Shown here one piece after another: positions 9,366 to 20,700 of a stretch of 35,849 nucleotides of DNA. Every line of letters begins with the position of its first letter. The stretch's first letter is position 1. Made by a program: the position numbers and the translations under genes. Source of the stretch: Malassezia furfur (lineage: Eukaryota); NCBI GenBank assembly GCA_052055015.1, contig JBQJIT010000070.1; one strand, written 5' to 3'. The notes beneath the pieces are model-generated. The model was not told the DNA's origin and did no database searches. It worked only from the letters and a program-made list of their open reading frames with translations.

Positions 9366-11207
9366 CTATGCTGCTCCGGACGAAATCGGCATGAGTGCGT
9401 CCGCGGTGTAATTGGATAACTCGTCACCCGGCTGGTTCTTGGCCTGCGCCTCACGAAGCATGATGCGTTTGCGGCGTTCCAAAATGGTCGCGCCGTCAAG
9501 GTTGAGATTGAATCCTTGACGCATCTTGACATTCGCGGAGCGTTGCGGCTTGCTGGACTGCACCTGCCGTCGCTCCGCAATGGCGCGTGCGGCCGCATTG
9601 CCGTATCGATGGCGCGCGTGGGCCAGCTCGTCGTTCTCTTCGTCACCACTCGAGTTGATCGGGTGCCATACGTGGTGACGGTTCGCTTCAGGCGATGTTT
9701 GTGCCCGATTCTTAGTCTCTTCTTCAATTCGATGCACCGCAGAAGACACGTCAAATGCCTCGCGGAGACGGTTCGCATTGATGGTGCGCTCCGTCTGCGA
9801 CGAGACGTCACGGCGGTGCGGCGGTGCAAGCATCGGCGAGTCGAGCTCCATGTCGTCAAAGAGGCTTGGCATAGCCCCTGCTTGCCTGGTTGGCGTCGGT
9901 GTGGGTATCGGTTGAGCGGCGGCGCCGTCCTCGCGGCACCATTCGTGTGCCAGAAATTGGTCAATCGTGTATCGTTTGTTCACGTCAACGGTCAGCAAGT
10001 TCGAAACTAGGTCCTTGGCCGAGTCGCTGATGTCATCCCACCATGGACTCAAAAAGGTATATTGGCCTTTGGACACCTTCTCAGTGAGGGTCTTGATCGA
10101 TTCATCGTAGAACGGCGGGAAGCCGCATAGGAGTGTGTACAAAACACATCCTAGCGCCCACATATCCACGCTCTTTGAGTAATGTTCGTCGCGCACAATC
10201 TCGGGAGCAGCATACCCCACCGTTCCGCATGGCGTTTTGGTGTTTTGCTCCCACACAATCTTGCTGAGGCCGAAATCGGCAATCTTGACACGACCAATGC
10301 CGCCACCACCCACGCCTGGGCGGAATTCGCCCTCGTCCATCTTGTCCTCGTCATAAGGACGCTTTACAGGGTTCTGCGACGGGATGATGTCGATGGACTC
10401 AAACAGCAAATTCTCCGGCTTGATGTCACGATGCACAATACCACACTCTTCGTGCATGAAGCGGATTGCATGTGCAACTTGCACAACCACATGACGTGCG
10501 AGCGGTTCGCTCAGATACGTCAATTTGACGATCTGTTCGAACAATTCACCACCGTTAAGCAACTCGAGCACCATGAAACAATACTCGTCCGACTCAGTGA
10601 ACGAAATAAGCTGAACGATCGCTGAATGGTTGAGTCGGCGCATAATTTGCACTTCCTTCAAGATTGCATCGCGCTCCGACGCCCGATTGTGCTCGCGCAA
10701 ATGAGGGTCTAGGGTGGCCTTATGGTCGCGTGCGGCATCCTGCTTGCGCACGACTTTGACGGCCACTTCCTGTCCCTTCGAGTGGTCGATGGCCTTGTAG
10801 ACCACCGAGAACGTGCCATCACCCAGTTTTTGGGTGAGCTCAAACTGGGAAGGGAGCCCTGGGTACTGCGGAAGCCCCGACGCCTTCGTGGCAGCCTCTT
10901 CGCGCTCCTGCGCAACAAGCTGCTCCACTTGGTGGTGGATGCTCGGATTCTTTTCCGGATTCTTCTCTTCGACGCTCTCCTTTGCTTGCTCTGTATTGTT
11001 TTGCGGGGTGACGGTCGCAATTGATCCCTGTGAGTTGGCAGGGCTCAGGAACGTGGGGATGGCCATAGTGCCGGCCACGACTGCAGGGGTGACCTGCGCA
11101 GCTGACAGCGCCATAGGGCTAATGGTACTGTCAGGCGCCATCTTCTCCGAGTCGGGCGGCGACATGGCCGCCTTGCCATGCCGAATAAAGTGTCGCAGAC
11201 GGTCCAT
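9366..11207 (-). CDS. MAPK-activated CAMK-family Ser/Thr kinase (Srk1/Rck2-like), intronless
   Basis: LGDGTFSVV, VAVK, HRDIKPENLL, the family-typical GGGGIGRVKIADFGLSK insert, TPCGTVGYAAPE and FLSPWWDDIS. Likely start MDRLRHFIRHGK at 11207. Confidence 0.93.
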   Translation of the reverse strand: MDRLRHFIRHGKAAMSPPDSEKMAPDSTISPMALSAAQVTPAVVAGTMAIPTFLSPANSQGSIATVTPQNNTEQAKESVEEKNPEKNPSIHHQVEQLVAQEREEAATKASGLPQYPGLPSQFELTQKLGDGTFSVVYKAIDHSKGQEVAVKVVRKQDAARDHKATLDPHLREHNRASERDAILKEVQIMRRLNHSAIVQLISFTESDEYCFMVLELLNGGELFEQIVKLTYLSEPLARHVVVQVAHAIRFMHEECGIVHRDIKPENLLFESIDIIPSQNPVKRPYDEDKMDEGEFRPGVGGGGIGRVKIADFGLSKIVWEQNTKTPCGTVGYAAPEIVRDEHYSKSVDMWALGCVLYTLLCGFPPFYDESIKTLTEKVSKGQYTFLSPWWDDISDSAKDLVSNLLTVDVNKRYTIDQFLAHEWCREDGAAAQPIPTPTPTRQAGAMPSLFDDMELDSPMLAPPHRRDVSSQTERTINANRLREAFDVSSAVHRIEEETKNRAQTSPEANRHHVWHPINSSGDEENDELAHARHRYGNAAARAIAERRQVQSSKPQRSANVKMRQGFNLNLDGATILERRKRIMLREAQAKNQPGDELSNYTADALMPISSGAA

Positions 11208-11481
11208 GGGAGGCAAAAGCTGAGTTCCAACCGTCTTGCCCACCAAGAAAAAAACCACCGAAGTACCACGCCCAAATTACAGCTATGACATCATACGTGA
11301 GGACCCCAGACCCGAGAAATTGGGTCAAACCAGGGTTCATTACATCAAGGCGACTCAGTGTGCCCTCCACCGGGCTCGGCCGCCGTCTGGTTGCGATCGG
11401 CGATGGTGCACGTGGATGGGCGGCCGGCGCCGCCTCCACACGACTGGCGCGACGGGCGCAACCGCACTGCTGGCCTCCGCC

Positions 11482-12978
11482 ATGGCATCCTGGGCGACGT
11501 ATGCCCTCGCGGTGCTTGGTGCATACTGGCTCACAGTTTTCTGGAAACGATGGGTACTTCATGCACGTACGCATCAGTTTGTTCTAGAACAGCGCAGGAA
11601 GGCGGGCATTCCGGACTCAGACAAGCGTCCGTTGGCGATCGCCGCAGCGGACGCGGCACAGCGCCGACAGCGTGCGTTTGAGGAACAGCTGCGGCAAAGC
11701 GAGGACGTATTTGGTCCTGCGCAGCCAGTTCCGCATGTCCCTGTTCGTGAGCGTGCGCCGCTGCGTGCTGCGTCAAAACCCGAGCCGCTGGCACGACAGC
11801 GCACCATCACCCAGCGCGAACCTCGGAAACGGGAGCGCACGGACAGTGATGCAGGCAACACTAAGCGCAACCGTCTCGAGGCGGTGTCGAGCCCGTATAA
11901 TCCCTCGCGCAGTGAAGCGCGGCCCTCGCGTAAGCGCCATGCAGAAACGCAGTCCGATGCGCAGTCGGACGCACCCACTCGGAAGATGCGACGCAAAATA
12001 CCCCACGAGGACGACGAGGTGTCGGACGCATCAATGTCAGATATCTCCAATGAGAGTCAACCAGATGATGAGGATGAGCTCGAGTCAATGGACGAAGAGG
12101 ACGAGCTCGTTCCTGGTCCAGAACATGGTAAGAAGCGAGCCGCAGACACCTCCCAAGACCATGGCCCCGGCGACGAATGGCGCGATGCCAATGGACTGCG
12201 CTGGCGCATCGGCGACGATGGTGTCCCTCGCCGGCTGGTTACTCTGGTGGAGATGCGGCCCAAGTACCGCATGCCCAAGGACGCGACCCATTCCGATACC
12301 AAGGCCAAGGTACCTTCGTACACCGACAAGTTTCTGTCACAGGAGGAGTACGAGGAAGCCAAACGGAAGAAACAGCTGGCCTGGCAGCACGAGCTGGCAC
12401 TTGCGAAGAACAGCGCGGCAAACTCGCCCATGGCCGGCATCAGCGACGACAATGTGGAAGACAGTCTTGCGAGTCTTGTGTCAAGGCGCACGAAGATCCA
12501 ACCGCGGCAGAGCATGAACAACTTGCTCCACAGCGAGGGCATGCGTACGCCGCAGCAACTAGTCCGCTCGCGTGCATCGTCCGTGGCGGGCGACGACTCG
12601 TTCGGCGCGTCGATCAGCGAGCGGAGCGGCGATGACAGCCGCTCTTTCTCGTCATCGATTTCGAGCAAACTCCCGGAATCCATGAGCGCTTCAGTGTCCC
12701 GGCGTATGCCGCTTACGCGCTCCCCGGCCCACGCGGCGCTTCGTGCACCCCGGTTTGCTCGGGTGCAGGTCGCCTCCTCGCCCCTGTCGCCAGCACGTGG
12801 TGCGCTCGACCAGGCAGCGAAGCGGAAGCGCGAAGAGCAGCTCATGGCGCAGATCCGCGCAAGCCGCAGCGACTCCGCCCCTTCTGATAGTGCGCCGAAA
12901 ATTGCGTCGCCGGCCCCCTCGGCGGGGTCCGGCGCGGCGCCCCATAGCGGGGCACCCCAGGGCGGCCCCCGCCCGTAG
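11482..12978 (+). CDS. Hypothetical protein: N-terminal TM helix, basic NLS-like clusters, acidic and Ser-rich disordered regions
   Basis: Long ORF whose first plausible ATG (MASWATYALAVLGAYWLTVFW) precedes a hydrophobic helix. No family recognised. Confidence 0.75.
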   Translation: MASWATYALAVLGAYWLTVFWKRWVLHARTHQFVLEQRRKAGIPDSDKRPLAIAAADAAQRRQRAFEEQLRQSEDVFGPAQPVPHVPVRERAPLRAASKPEPLARQRTITQREPRKRERTDSDAGNTKRNRLEAVSSPYNPSRSEARPSRKRHAETQSDAQSDAPTRKMRRKIPHEDDEVSDASMSDISNESQPDDEDELESMDEEDELVPGPEHGKKRAADTSQDHGPGDEWRDANGLRWRIGDDGVPRRLVTLVEMRPKYRMPKDATHSDTKAKVPSYTDKFLSQEEYEEAKRKKQLAWQHELALAKNSAANSPMAGISDDNVEDSLASLVSRRTKIQPRQSMNNLLHSEGMRTPQQLVRSRASSVAGDDSFGASISERSGDDSRSFSSSISSKLPESMSASVSRRMPLTRSPAHAALRAPRFARVQVASSPLSPARGALDQAAKRKREEQLMAQIRASRSDSAPSDSAPKIASPAPSAGSGAAPHSGAPQGGPRP

Positions 12979-12996
12979 ATCCTCCACATTCCCACG

Positions 12997-14497
12997 ATGC
13001 TCCGCTCGGCTGCGCGTGGGACCGCTCGGCGGTCGTTTGGAACGCACGCAGCACGGCACCGTACATCGACGCCGGGCATCTCGACTCCGTCTACGGCTGC
13101 GGCGAGTGACGAGGACTCGGCAGCGCTTGGTCGATTCTTTTACCGCAACCGCATGGTCCAACAATGGGGCAACGTCCCCGCAAAGCGGACGACCCTGCGC
13201 CAGCTTATCCTGTTTGGGCAGTCCGCCCAACGGCATCGCGGACTGCTCATGGAGAGTGCCAACTACCTGCGTACCGAGGTCACTACGCGCATTGCTCACC
13301 GTCTGCGTGATATGCAGGCGCTCCCGTTCGTGGCCATGTCGAACGAGCAGCTCGATTCGATCTACCAGTTCTTCTGGAGCACGTTTGAGACGCTGCGGCG
13401 TATGGAGCGAATTGAAACGCTGGAACAGAATCAGGAGCTGATCAAAGTCATGACCGGCCTCCTGTCGGAACGCAAGAGCAAGCTGGCGCTCATCGCCGGA
13501 ATCAGCCGAGAGTGTGTGTACTATATGGAGCCCGAGACCGTGGACTTGTTCCTTGCGCGCATGCTCCGCTCACAGGTATCGCGTGAGGTGCTGGCCAAGC
13601 AGCACATTGCCTTGACTGCGATGCACCGCTCGGGCGAAAAGTCCAAGGGTACCAAGATCGGGATGATCGACACGGACCTGGACGTCGCCAAGTCGGTCGA
13701 GAAGAGTGCAAAGATTGCTAAGGAGTCTATCGCATCACTCAATGGATGGGATCAGGATGACCCTAGGCTCCCAGAGGTGACGCTTGACGGCGACACGGAC
13801 GTGCACATCGCCTACGTCACCGAGCATCTCGAGTTCATCTTGCTGGAGCTGATCAAAGTATCGATGCAGTCAACCATGGCGCGGTTCACTAACGCATCGA
13901 TCCGCGAAATGAGCCGGTCGCCCCCACCAGTACAGATTACGATTGTGAATGCGCCAGGGCGTGGTGATATGGTGATCCGTGTGTCTGACCGTGGCGGTGG
14001 ACTGCAGTCCGACGAGCCCTCGTTTGAGCGCCTGGAACAGGAGTACGAAGTGACTCGGGCGCGAGGGCCAATTCTGCTGCCACGCAGTGACAAGATGCAA
14101 CGCGATCCCGAGAGTGGTCTTGTCTGGTCGTTTATGAACATTGGCGAGCAGCTCGATCGGATGAACATCCAACTCGACGAGACCGAATCGATGGAACGCG
14201 CCTCGCATTCGGCATCGTCTGCTGACCCTAGCGCGTCCTACCCTGGTGGTGATGGACTGATGCGCTTGTCGGTGCTCAACATGGAGTCGAAGAACGGTCT
14301 TCCTATGTACGTTGCCCAACTAACACCAGTGTCAAGTTGTATGCCGACCTGTTCGGCGGTGGTCTCGACTTCCGGACGCTAGACGGGTACGTATCCATCG
14401 ACTTACCCCAGCTACGGTACGGACATGTATCTGCGCCTGCCCAAATTTGGCACATCGAAAGGTAGGTGCCCCGACTGACCCAGAATTGCACGAGTAA
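12997..14497 (+). CDS. Mitochondrial alpha-ketoacid dehydrogenase kinase family protein (PDK/BCKDK, Pkp2-like), possibly degenerate
   Basis: Presequence-like N-terminus, TLRQLILFG, SANYLRTEVTTRIAHRLRDMQALPF and IRVSDRGGG. Introns 14307-14329 (23 nt) and 14387-14411 (25 nt) restore GLPIVKLYADLFGG...LDGYGTDMYLRLP. A third intron at 14462-14483 (22 nt) gives the end KELHE*. Confidence 0.88.
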
Positions 14498-14517
14498 TCC
14501 AAGGCGCTCTCCGTATG

Positions 14518-15702
14518 CTATCCAATCCCTAGTGTTAGTCCGTAACATACAGTGCATGATCAGAAGCAACAGGCCGCTGATCACAAAGAACATCGACAGG
14601 AACCGGTTCGCGGCACGGTTGCGCTCTTTGGCTTTGCGAAGCTGCACGTTGCCGCTGGTGACTTGCTCGCCGTGACCAGCCGCCTCGGTCTGCAACTGAC
14701 TTGTCTGTTCGTTTTGCTCCTGGAGATGTTGCATAATGCGAGTCTGTAGTTCCGAAATATCGTGCAGTTGCTGCTCTGCATGCTGCACAGCCTGCAATTC
14801 GGATTGCAGCGACTGAATCAGCGCGGATGCTTCCTCCTCAAACAGCTGAACCTGCTCTTTCGTCAACTCTTGCGCAAGGTCGTCGCTGGCTGACTGGCTC
14901 AGTGCTCCTGCACTGCCACGCAAGTTTGTGGCCGAGACATCGCCTGTCGGCCCACTGCGCAGTACTTTCTGCGCACCATCGGCAAGTTTCTGATGGCGCT
15001 GTTGCTCGGCTTCGACGCGACGCTGCTGCAGCGTGGCTTGGACAGACGAAGCACGGGCCAACTGTTCAGAAAGGTACTGCGTCACAGCTGCATGGTATGC
15101 CGCCGTTGCATCAGATGCACTCTGCTGCCGTGCAATGGCACCACCACGCAAGAGCATCATGGGGCCCAGTGCCGAGCTCCTTGCCGAAGAAAGCGACCGG
15201 TCCACGGCCTGCTTCCGCACTGCATCAGTCACTTTCACGTACGTTTTTCGCCGCGTTCCAGTTCTTGTACACTTTCAAGACACTTTTTTATGACTAGCTT
15301 GACCTGAAAATCGATCTCATCGCGCTCGGTATCATTGAGTGTGTGGATGTGCTGCCACTTTGCAAAGGCGTCGTCGGCGGTGTGCTCTGCATCGAGGCCC
15401 GCCTCGTCACCGTCCTTCCAGTCAGTGGAAGAATATCGTCCCTTGGACGAAATGTCAAGATATGGCCGCCGGATTGCAGCGAGAAAGGTATACAGAGATG
15501 CAATTTGCCGTTTCTGATGAGCGCGTATACGTACAATTCGATAGGCCTCACGCGTCCAAGACTCGGCAGCACTTCGTTGCTTCAGCTGCGCAGCGTTGGG
15601 TTTCGGAGGGGTATCTACCTGAATGCCCTTGCTTTCACACTCGTGCAACAGTTGGCGGAACGCACTGGTGTGGTCCACGCGCGGAGGAATGGGTCCCCGC
15701 AT
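14518..15702 (-). CDS. UFE1: ER Qa-SNARE syntaxin-18/Ufe1
   Basis: N-terminal DHTSAFRQ, EAYRI, IRRPYL and LNDTERDEID. SNARE coiled coil LHDISELQ...GNVQLRKAKERN and a C-terminal TM. Introns at 15514-15534 (21 nt), 15220-15242 (23 nt) and 14529-14550 (22 nt). The frame closes at 373 codons. Confidence 0.88.
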
Positions 15703-15737
15703 GGTGATGCTCGTGGATTGCCTCCACACTACAACCC

Positions 15738-16657
15738 CTATTTCCGACGGCGTTTCTTGCCCGTATATTTTGAGTCGCGCGGCACATTCTGGGTGAGTAA
15801 AGGCACATACCGTCTTGCCTCGCGCACGGTCAAGTTCTTTTTTCCGTAGGATGTATTGCTTCACTGTCTCGCCCTTCTTCTTCTTTTTGTTCCGCTCGTG
15901 ACGGTCGTCACGTACACGGCGCTGCTCATGACGTACCACGTTGGCCTCTTCGTGTTCAAGGGCCTGGGGAAGCTGCTGCTTCACACCCTGGCCCTCACCG
16001 TTGGGGCCCACCATCATTTCACCACCGACCCAGAGGACCAGGTAAATCTTTTTCGCCTTGACTGAGTTGGGATAATCAACGACAAGACCACCACCAAACC
16101 CAGCCTTCGTTGCCTGCTGCATAATAAATTGGACCTGGTCGTCGTTCTCTGGATAGAACTGGAAGACACATCGAGCGCCGCGGGTGAGCGACGCATAGAG
16201 AGTGGTGAAAAAAGTACTCAGCCGCGCGCCGGGTGCATTGTACGACGTGTCTGCATTGCAAAGCCATTGTAGAACCGAGATACTGATCGCACCATCGAAG
16301 CTGCCAGGGCGGAACATGCATCCATGGCCTGCGTCCGCGAGCATCATATCTCCCTCCACGTCACGTTCGAGTCCCACACTTAACATGCTGGGACTGATGT
16401 CAAAGCCAACCCATTCGTAGCCTTCCTCGGTAAGGATTTCGCCCGAAAGGCCGGATCCACAACCGATGTCGAGAACGAGCGCAGGCTTCCGGTGTTCGGG
16501 AAGCGCCATGAGCTCGATTGCACGCAGCGTCATTTCTGCTTGAATCTCTTGATTGCGGGTGCTGCGTTAGTTAGGTAACGCACTTGGCCGTATACTTCCG
16601 CGCCTCTGTATCGCCATAGTAGATTTCCGGCGGCGCCTGGTGCTCTGGGCGGCTCAT
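15738..16657 (-). CDS. BUD23: 18S rRNA (guanine-N7) methyltransferase
   Basis: MSRPEHQAPPEIYY, LDIGCGSGLSG, FDGAISISVLQWLCNAD and GFGGGLVVDYPNS. Introns 16562-16583 and 15789-15810 (22 nt each) restore the C-terminal VPRDSKYTGKKRR. Confidence 0.96.
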
Positions 16658-16822
16658 GGTCGCCAAAAAAATGTTGCTGAGTAATTCGCGGTGGAGCCGT
16701 GGCTCGAGCGAGCCGTGTTGGCCGCCGTGGCGGGGGTGGTCGAGGCCGCGTTCGACACCAAGCCAGAACATTCCGGGCCAGTCTGCATGTGCAAGTCTAT
16801 GTATTTCACTAGTGCCCCATAT

Positions 16823-17719
16823 CTAGTGGCGACTAGCGCGGCCTTTAGCTGCAGCCGGCTGAGCAGGCCCCTTTCCTGGGCCCGGAGCGACGCGACCGCC
16901 CGCCGCACGTGGCTGCGCGTCCTGCACGTCTTCCGGCATCGGCAGCATGAACAGGATGACGATAGGAAGAATGTAGTACCAGTATTTTCGAAGGAAAGCC
17001 ACGAGGTCAAATGGCGCCTCGGCCTTCTTCTTCGCCTCACCCTCAGGCGTGTTCTCGTCGATCTTTTCTTTGAGACGCAACGGTCTGGGTAAGTAGTACA
17101 ACGTACGTATCAGGCACCACAGGTACACTCACGGAGACCACTGTAGAGAATCCATCAGAGTGCGGGGCCTCGCCATCGTAGATCGGGCAGGCCTGGTTGT
17201 TGTATGGCACGCGAGGCAGAATTTCGTACGTAAGGCCTACCACATAAGGAGGCGACGAAGTATCTCCGATATTGAGTGGTTGTTTGGAAAGGTGCACCTC
17301 AATGGTATCTTCCACCGGCTCTCCTGGCGGGGCACGCAGTTGACACTGGGTGAGAGCGGCTCACGTACGAGTTTGGTCATGGTCGAAATCCCCTCCTTGC
17401 CGTTCACTTTGGAGGGCCACACGTCGGCAGAGAAGGTACGCGCGTCGCCCTCAACGATCTTAATCTGGTAAAAGGCGTTTTCATCGTTCGGCGGGAAAAC
17501 CATCTCCGAAGGAATTCCCTCGTTGACAACAAGACCCTCGTCGCCGGCGACCGTAGTCGGATAGCGAACCAATGCCCGCGGTTGCCAGGGCATATTCACC
17601 TGCTTTCCATCCTCGCCGATCGTCTGGACACGATGGAGAAGTGTATACGTCTCGCTCTGTGCGGCCACGAGCGCCGCACACACGGCGCCCATCCACACCC
17701 ACCTCGGCATGATCGTCAT
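16823..17719 (-). CDS. EMC10: ER membrane protein complex subunit 10-like type I membrane protein
   Basis: Signal-peptide-like N-terminus and FLRKYWYYILPIVILFML before a short tail. Introns at 17346-17368 (23 nt) and 17085-17106 (22 nt) join three ORF fragments in frame. Start at 17719 or 17710. Confidence 0.75.
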
Positions 17720-17729
17720 TGCCACGTGT

Positions 17730-20700
17730 CTATACAACTAACCACTGTCGATACAGGCGCTGGGCGAGATGTGGAGACCCCGCACTCGCATACAACAGCG
17801 CCAGATTATAAGCGGCTTCGCGCGCCATACAGAAGCCCTGTTCAGGCCGCACATTCCCTTGTGCGAGCTCGAGGACGCGCTGATAGCGGGGGATCGCAAG
17901 GTGGGATAATCCTGCGTGAGTTAGACAACGAACCTAGGTGGTGATAGGCGCGCCCGAAATTGTATTCTGCCTCGGCACTGCCAGGTCGGAGCTGTGCATA
18001 TTGCGTGAGGAAAGCCATGCCCTGCACGATCGTGTGGTTTCGGTTGTCCACTTGACGATTCGTTGCGCGACTCAGGCATGCTACGCTGCAGAGGAGGCAC
18101 AGTAGCGGATCATCCTGCTGGAGTGCATACGCACGGAGTAGATACCCTGTGTTAGTCACGGCACGCACCCATCGCCGGCTGGTAGCTACCCGCACACAGC
18201 ATCAGATAGCCATAAAACATCTCGCTAATTGGCGACGACCGCGTCGGCACAGGCTGTACACTTGCTTCCGTCATGCGTGTCTCATCAGGATCGGCGATCG
18301 ACTCCTCAGCGTCATCGTCGTCAGCGCCCGCGATCGTCCAGCGTCCATTGCGCGCATTGATTTTAGCAGGCCGACCTGAGACAATCGCCTCCTGCGTACG
18401 CATCCGGCGCTGGTACTGCTTCGTGTTGGTGGCGCTCACAAACGCGTCGACGCCGTAGAAACCCATGCCGTTCGCGACTGATGCAATGAGGCGCAGCGGC
18501 TCATTGTGGAATTGATAGTGCGTGGGAAGCCAGCGCACAACATCAAAGGCACGCGTAAAGTTGCGCGAGTACATTGCGCATGCTTTTGGTTAGTTGGCGA
18601 CGTACCAAGCCAGCACAGATGCAAAGCCGTCTTGCGTGCCTCGGACGGCCAAACGGTGTTGGATACCATGATGTGCCGAAACAGGTCATGGATTGTGTCG
18701 TCTTCATCGCCTACCTTGGCAAGGCCCACAGCATACTGCGTAAGCAAAGCACATACCTTCATAAAGAGCAGCACCCAGTCATCAAAATCGACCGTACGGA
18801 ACGCCGACTGCTCAGGCGCGTCGTTGGACATTTCCTCCGCTGACTGTAGCGCCGCATCGTCCACGAGACGGTCGCGCAACCGCGAAAGGAGCGCTTCCGC
18901 CTGGCTATCCAGATCCAGTGCCTTGACTCGCCGGTTCCGACGGGGACGGACGACGCCACGGTATTTCGTGTAGCGCTCCTTGGGAAACAACAGTGACATC
19001 GACCTAAACGAGTCAATCAGGCGTCCGGCCACCTGCATCCATTGGCGCGTTGCATCAAACCGCTTGCGTTCACTCTCGACCGACGTTCGCGGCTCGTCAG
19101 GCGCATCAACCGACCCATCCAAAAAGACGAAGTCTGGATGCCAGAACCCTTCGACAAACACTAGCGGCTCCAGCGCAGATAGCTGCACCCACGCGAGGCG
19201 GGTCTCCTCCTCACGTTGCTGCTCGAGACGCTGGCGCTCGGCAAACGAAATGCCGGAACGTGAGCCGCGAGTCGATGCGCTTTGTGCTGCGCCTGCACCG
19301 CCTGGCGCGCCAGCCTCATTAAAGAACGACAGCGAGCTCGCCTCGTCCTCGGGCACAGGCCCTGTGGACGCGACAGGCGCAGTATGGCCCAATGTGGTGC
19401 CCTCGGTAGCGCCATCAGCTTGTCGCAGCTCATTGCGCGCCACCAGTACTTCGTTAACAAGGCGCAGGGCCTTTTCACGATCGCCCAACTCTTCGCACAC
19501 CTCTGCAAGGCCAAGTTTGACGTCAAAGTTGTCGGGGTTTGCCTCGAGGACCGCCTCGTACACCTGGGCAGCCTCGCTGGGCATACTGAGGTGCTGGAAA
19601 CACATGCCCATCTGCACGTACAGCTGTACATCATCCACCAACCCATCGTCAGCGAGCACCCGGTAGAGGTCGAGCGCGTCGCTATATTGCTGATACTCGA
19701 AGAAGCAGTCTGCCATCTCGAGGAACAGCATGGATTGATCGACCATCTCCGCATCATCCGCCAGGATGGTAAAATGCCGGCGCCCCTCGTCAAAGTCCTT
19801 GAGCATGAATCGAGCTTTGCCAAGTCGCAAGCGGACTTCGCGGTCCAAGACATGGTCAGCAGAGTCGTCCAGCTCCAAATCCTGCTGCGCATCCTCAGGA
19901 AGGTCCTCACGTGGATGCCCCCGCATCCATCGGATGGTTTGCTTTATCACCAGAATAACCTGCAGCGGCCGGCGCAGCAGGAGAAGTAGATCGGCGAGTG
20001 TGACCAGCTCATTGAGCGTGAAGTTGACCTCGGCGCGAGTCGCCTCTTGTAGTGCGGGATCCAGGTTTGGATCTGGGAAGGACACGCCACTCATGCTTGC
20101 CTGCCGCATCTTTTCGAGAATCGACACGCCCGTTTCGTACTCACCTAGTGAAACAAGCAGTGGAATCAGCTCACACAACACCTCGGCATCATAGGGTCGG
20201 ATGCGTAGGATCGCCTGGAACGCCTCCACGGCGGAACGCTGGCGTCCAGAGTCCTTGAGCATCACCGCACGGTCCCAAATCGCGTCAACGTCGTTGCGGT
20301 TCTTCTTGATGGCCTGCTGCAAGCAGTAGATCGACTGCTGCAGCAGGCCCCGCTCGCGGCTGCGACGCGCAAGAGATTTCCACTCATCGCTTGCGTTGCT
20401 CGTGAGGTGTGCACCGACAATACGGCACTGGATCGACTTCTCCTCTTCGCCGAGTTCCTCAAAGCACATTCCCAGGGTGTACCAGGCACCCTTGACTGTG
20501 GGCTCGATGCGGATCACCTCCTCGAGCCGCCGGATGGCGCCTGGCAGATCCGCCTCGACATAAGAGATATTGGCTTGCGCTAGAAGCGCGCGAACCTCCG
20601 ACGAGAGAGCCTGCTCACGGATGCGCGTTGGCTTATGTTTACGCGCGTAGCCATTAACGTCGCGTAACTCGTGGTGAAACGACTCCATCTCCTCCTCCAT

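Noticed and set aside
15235..16533. 432-aa ORF as a genuine single Bud23-syntaxin fusion gene
   Set aside because: Splicing 15789-15810 gives the canonical Bud23 C-terminus and a stop at 15738, and UFE1 has its own ATG at 15702. Kept only as a low-interest possible isoform.
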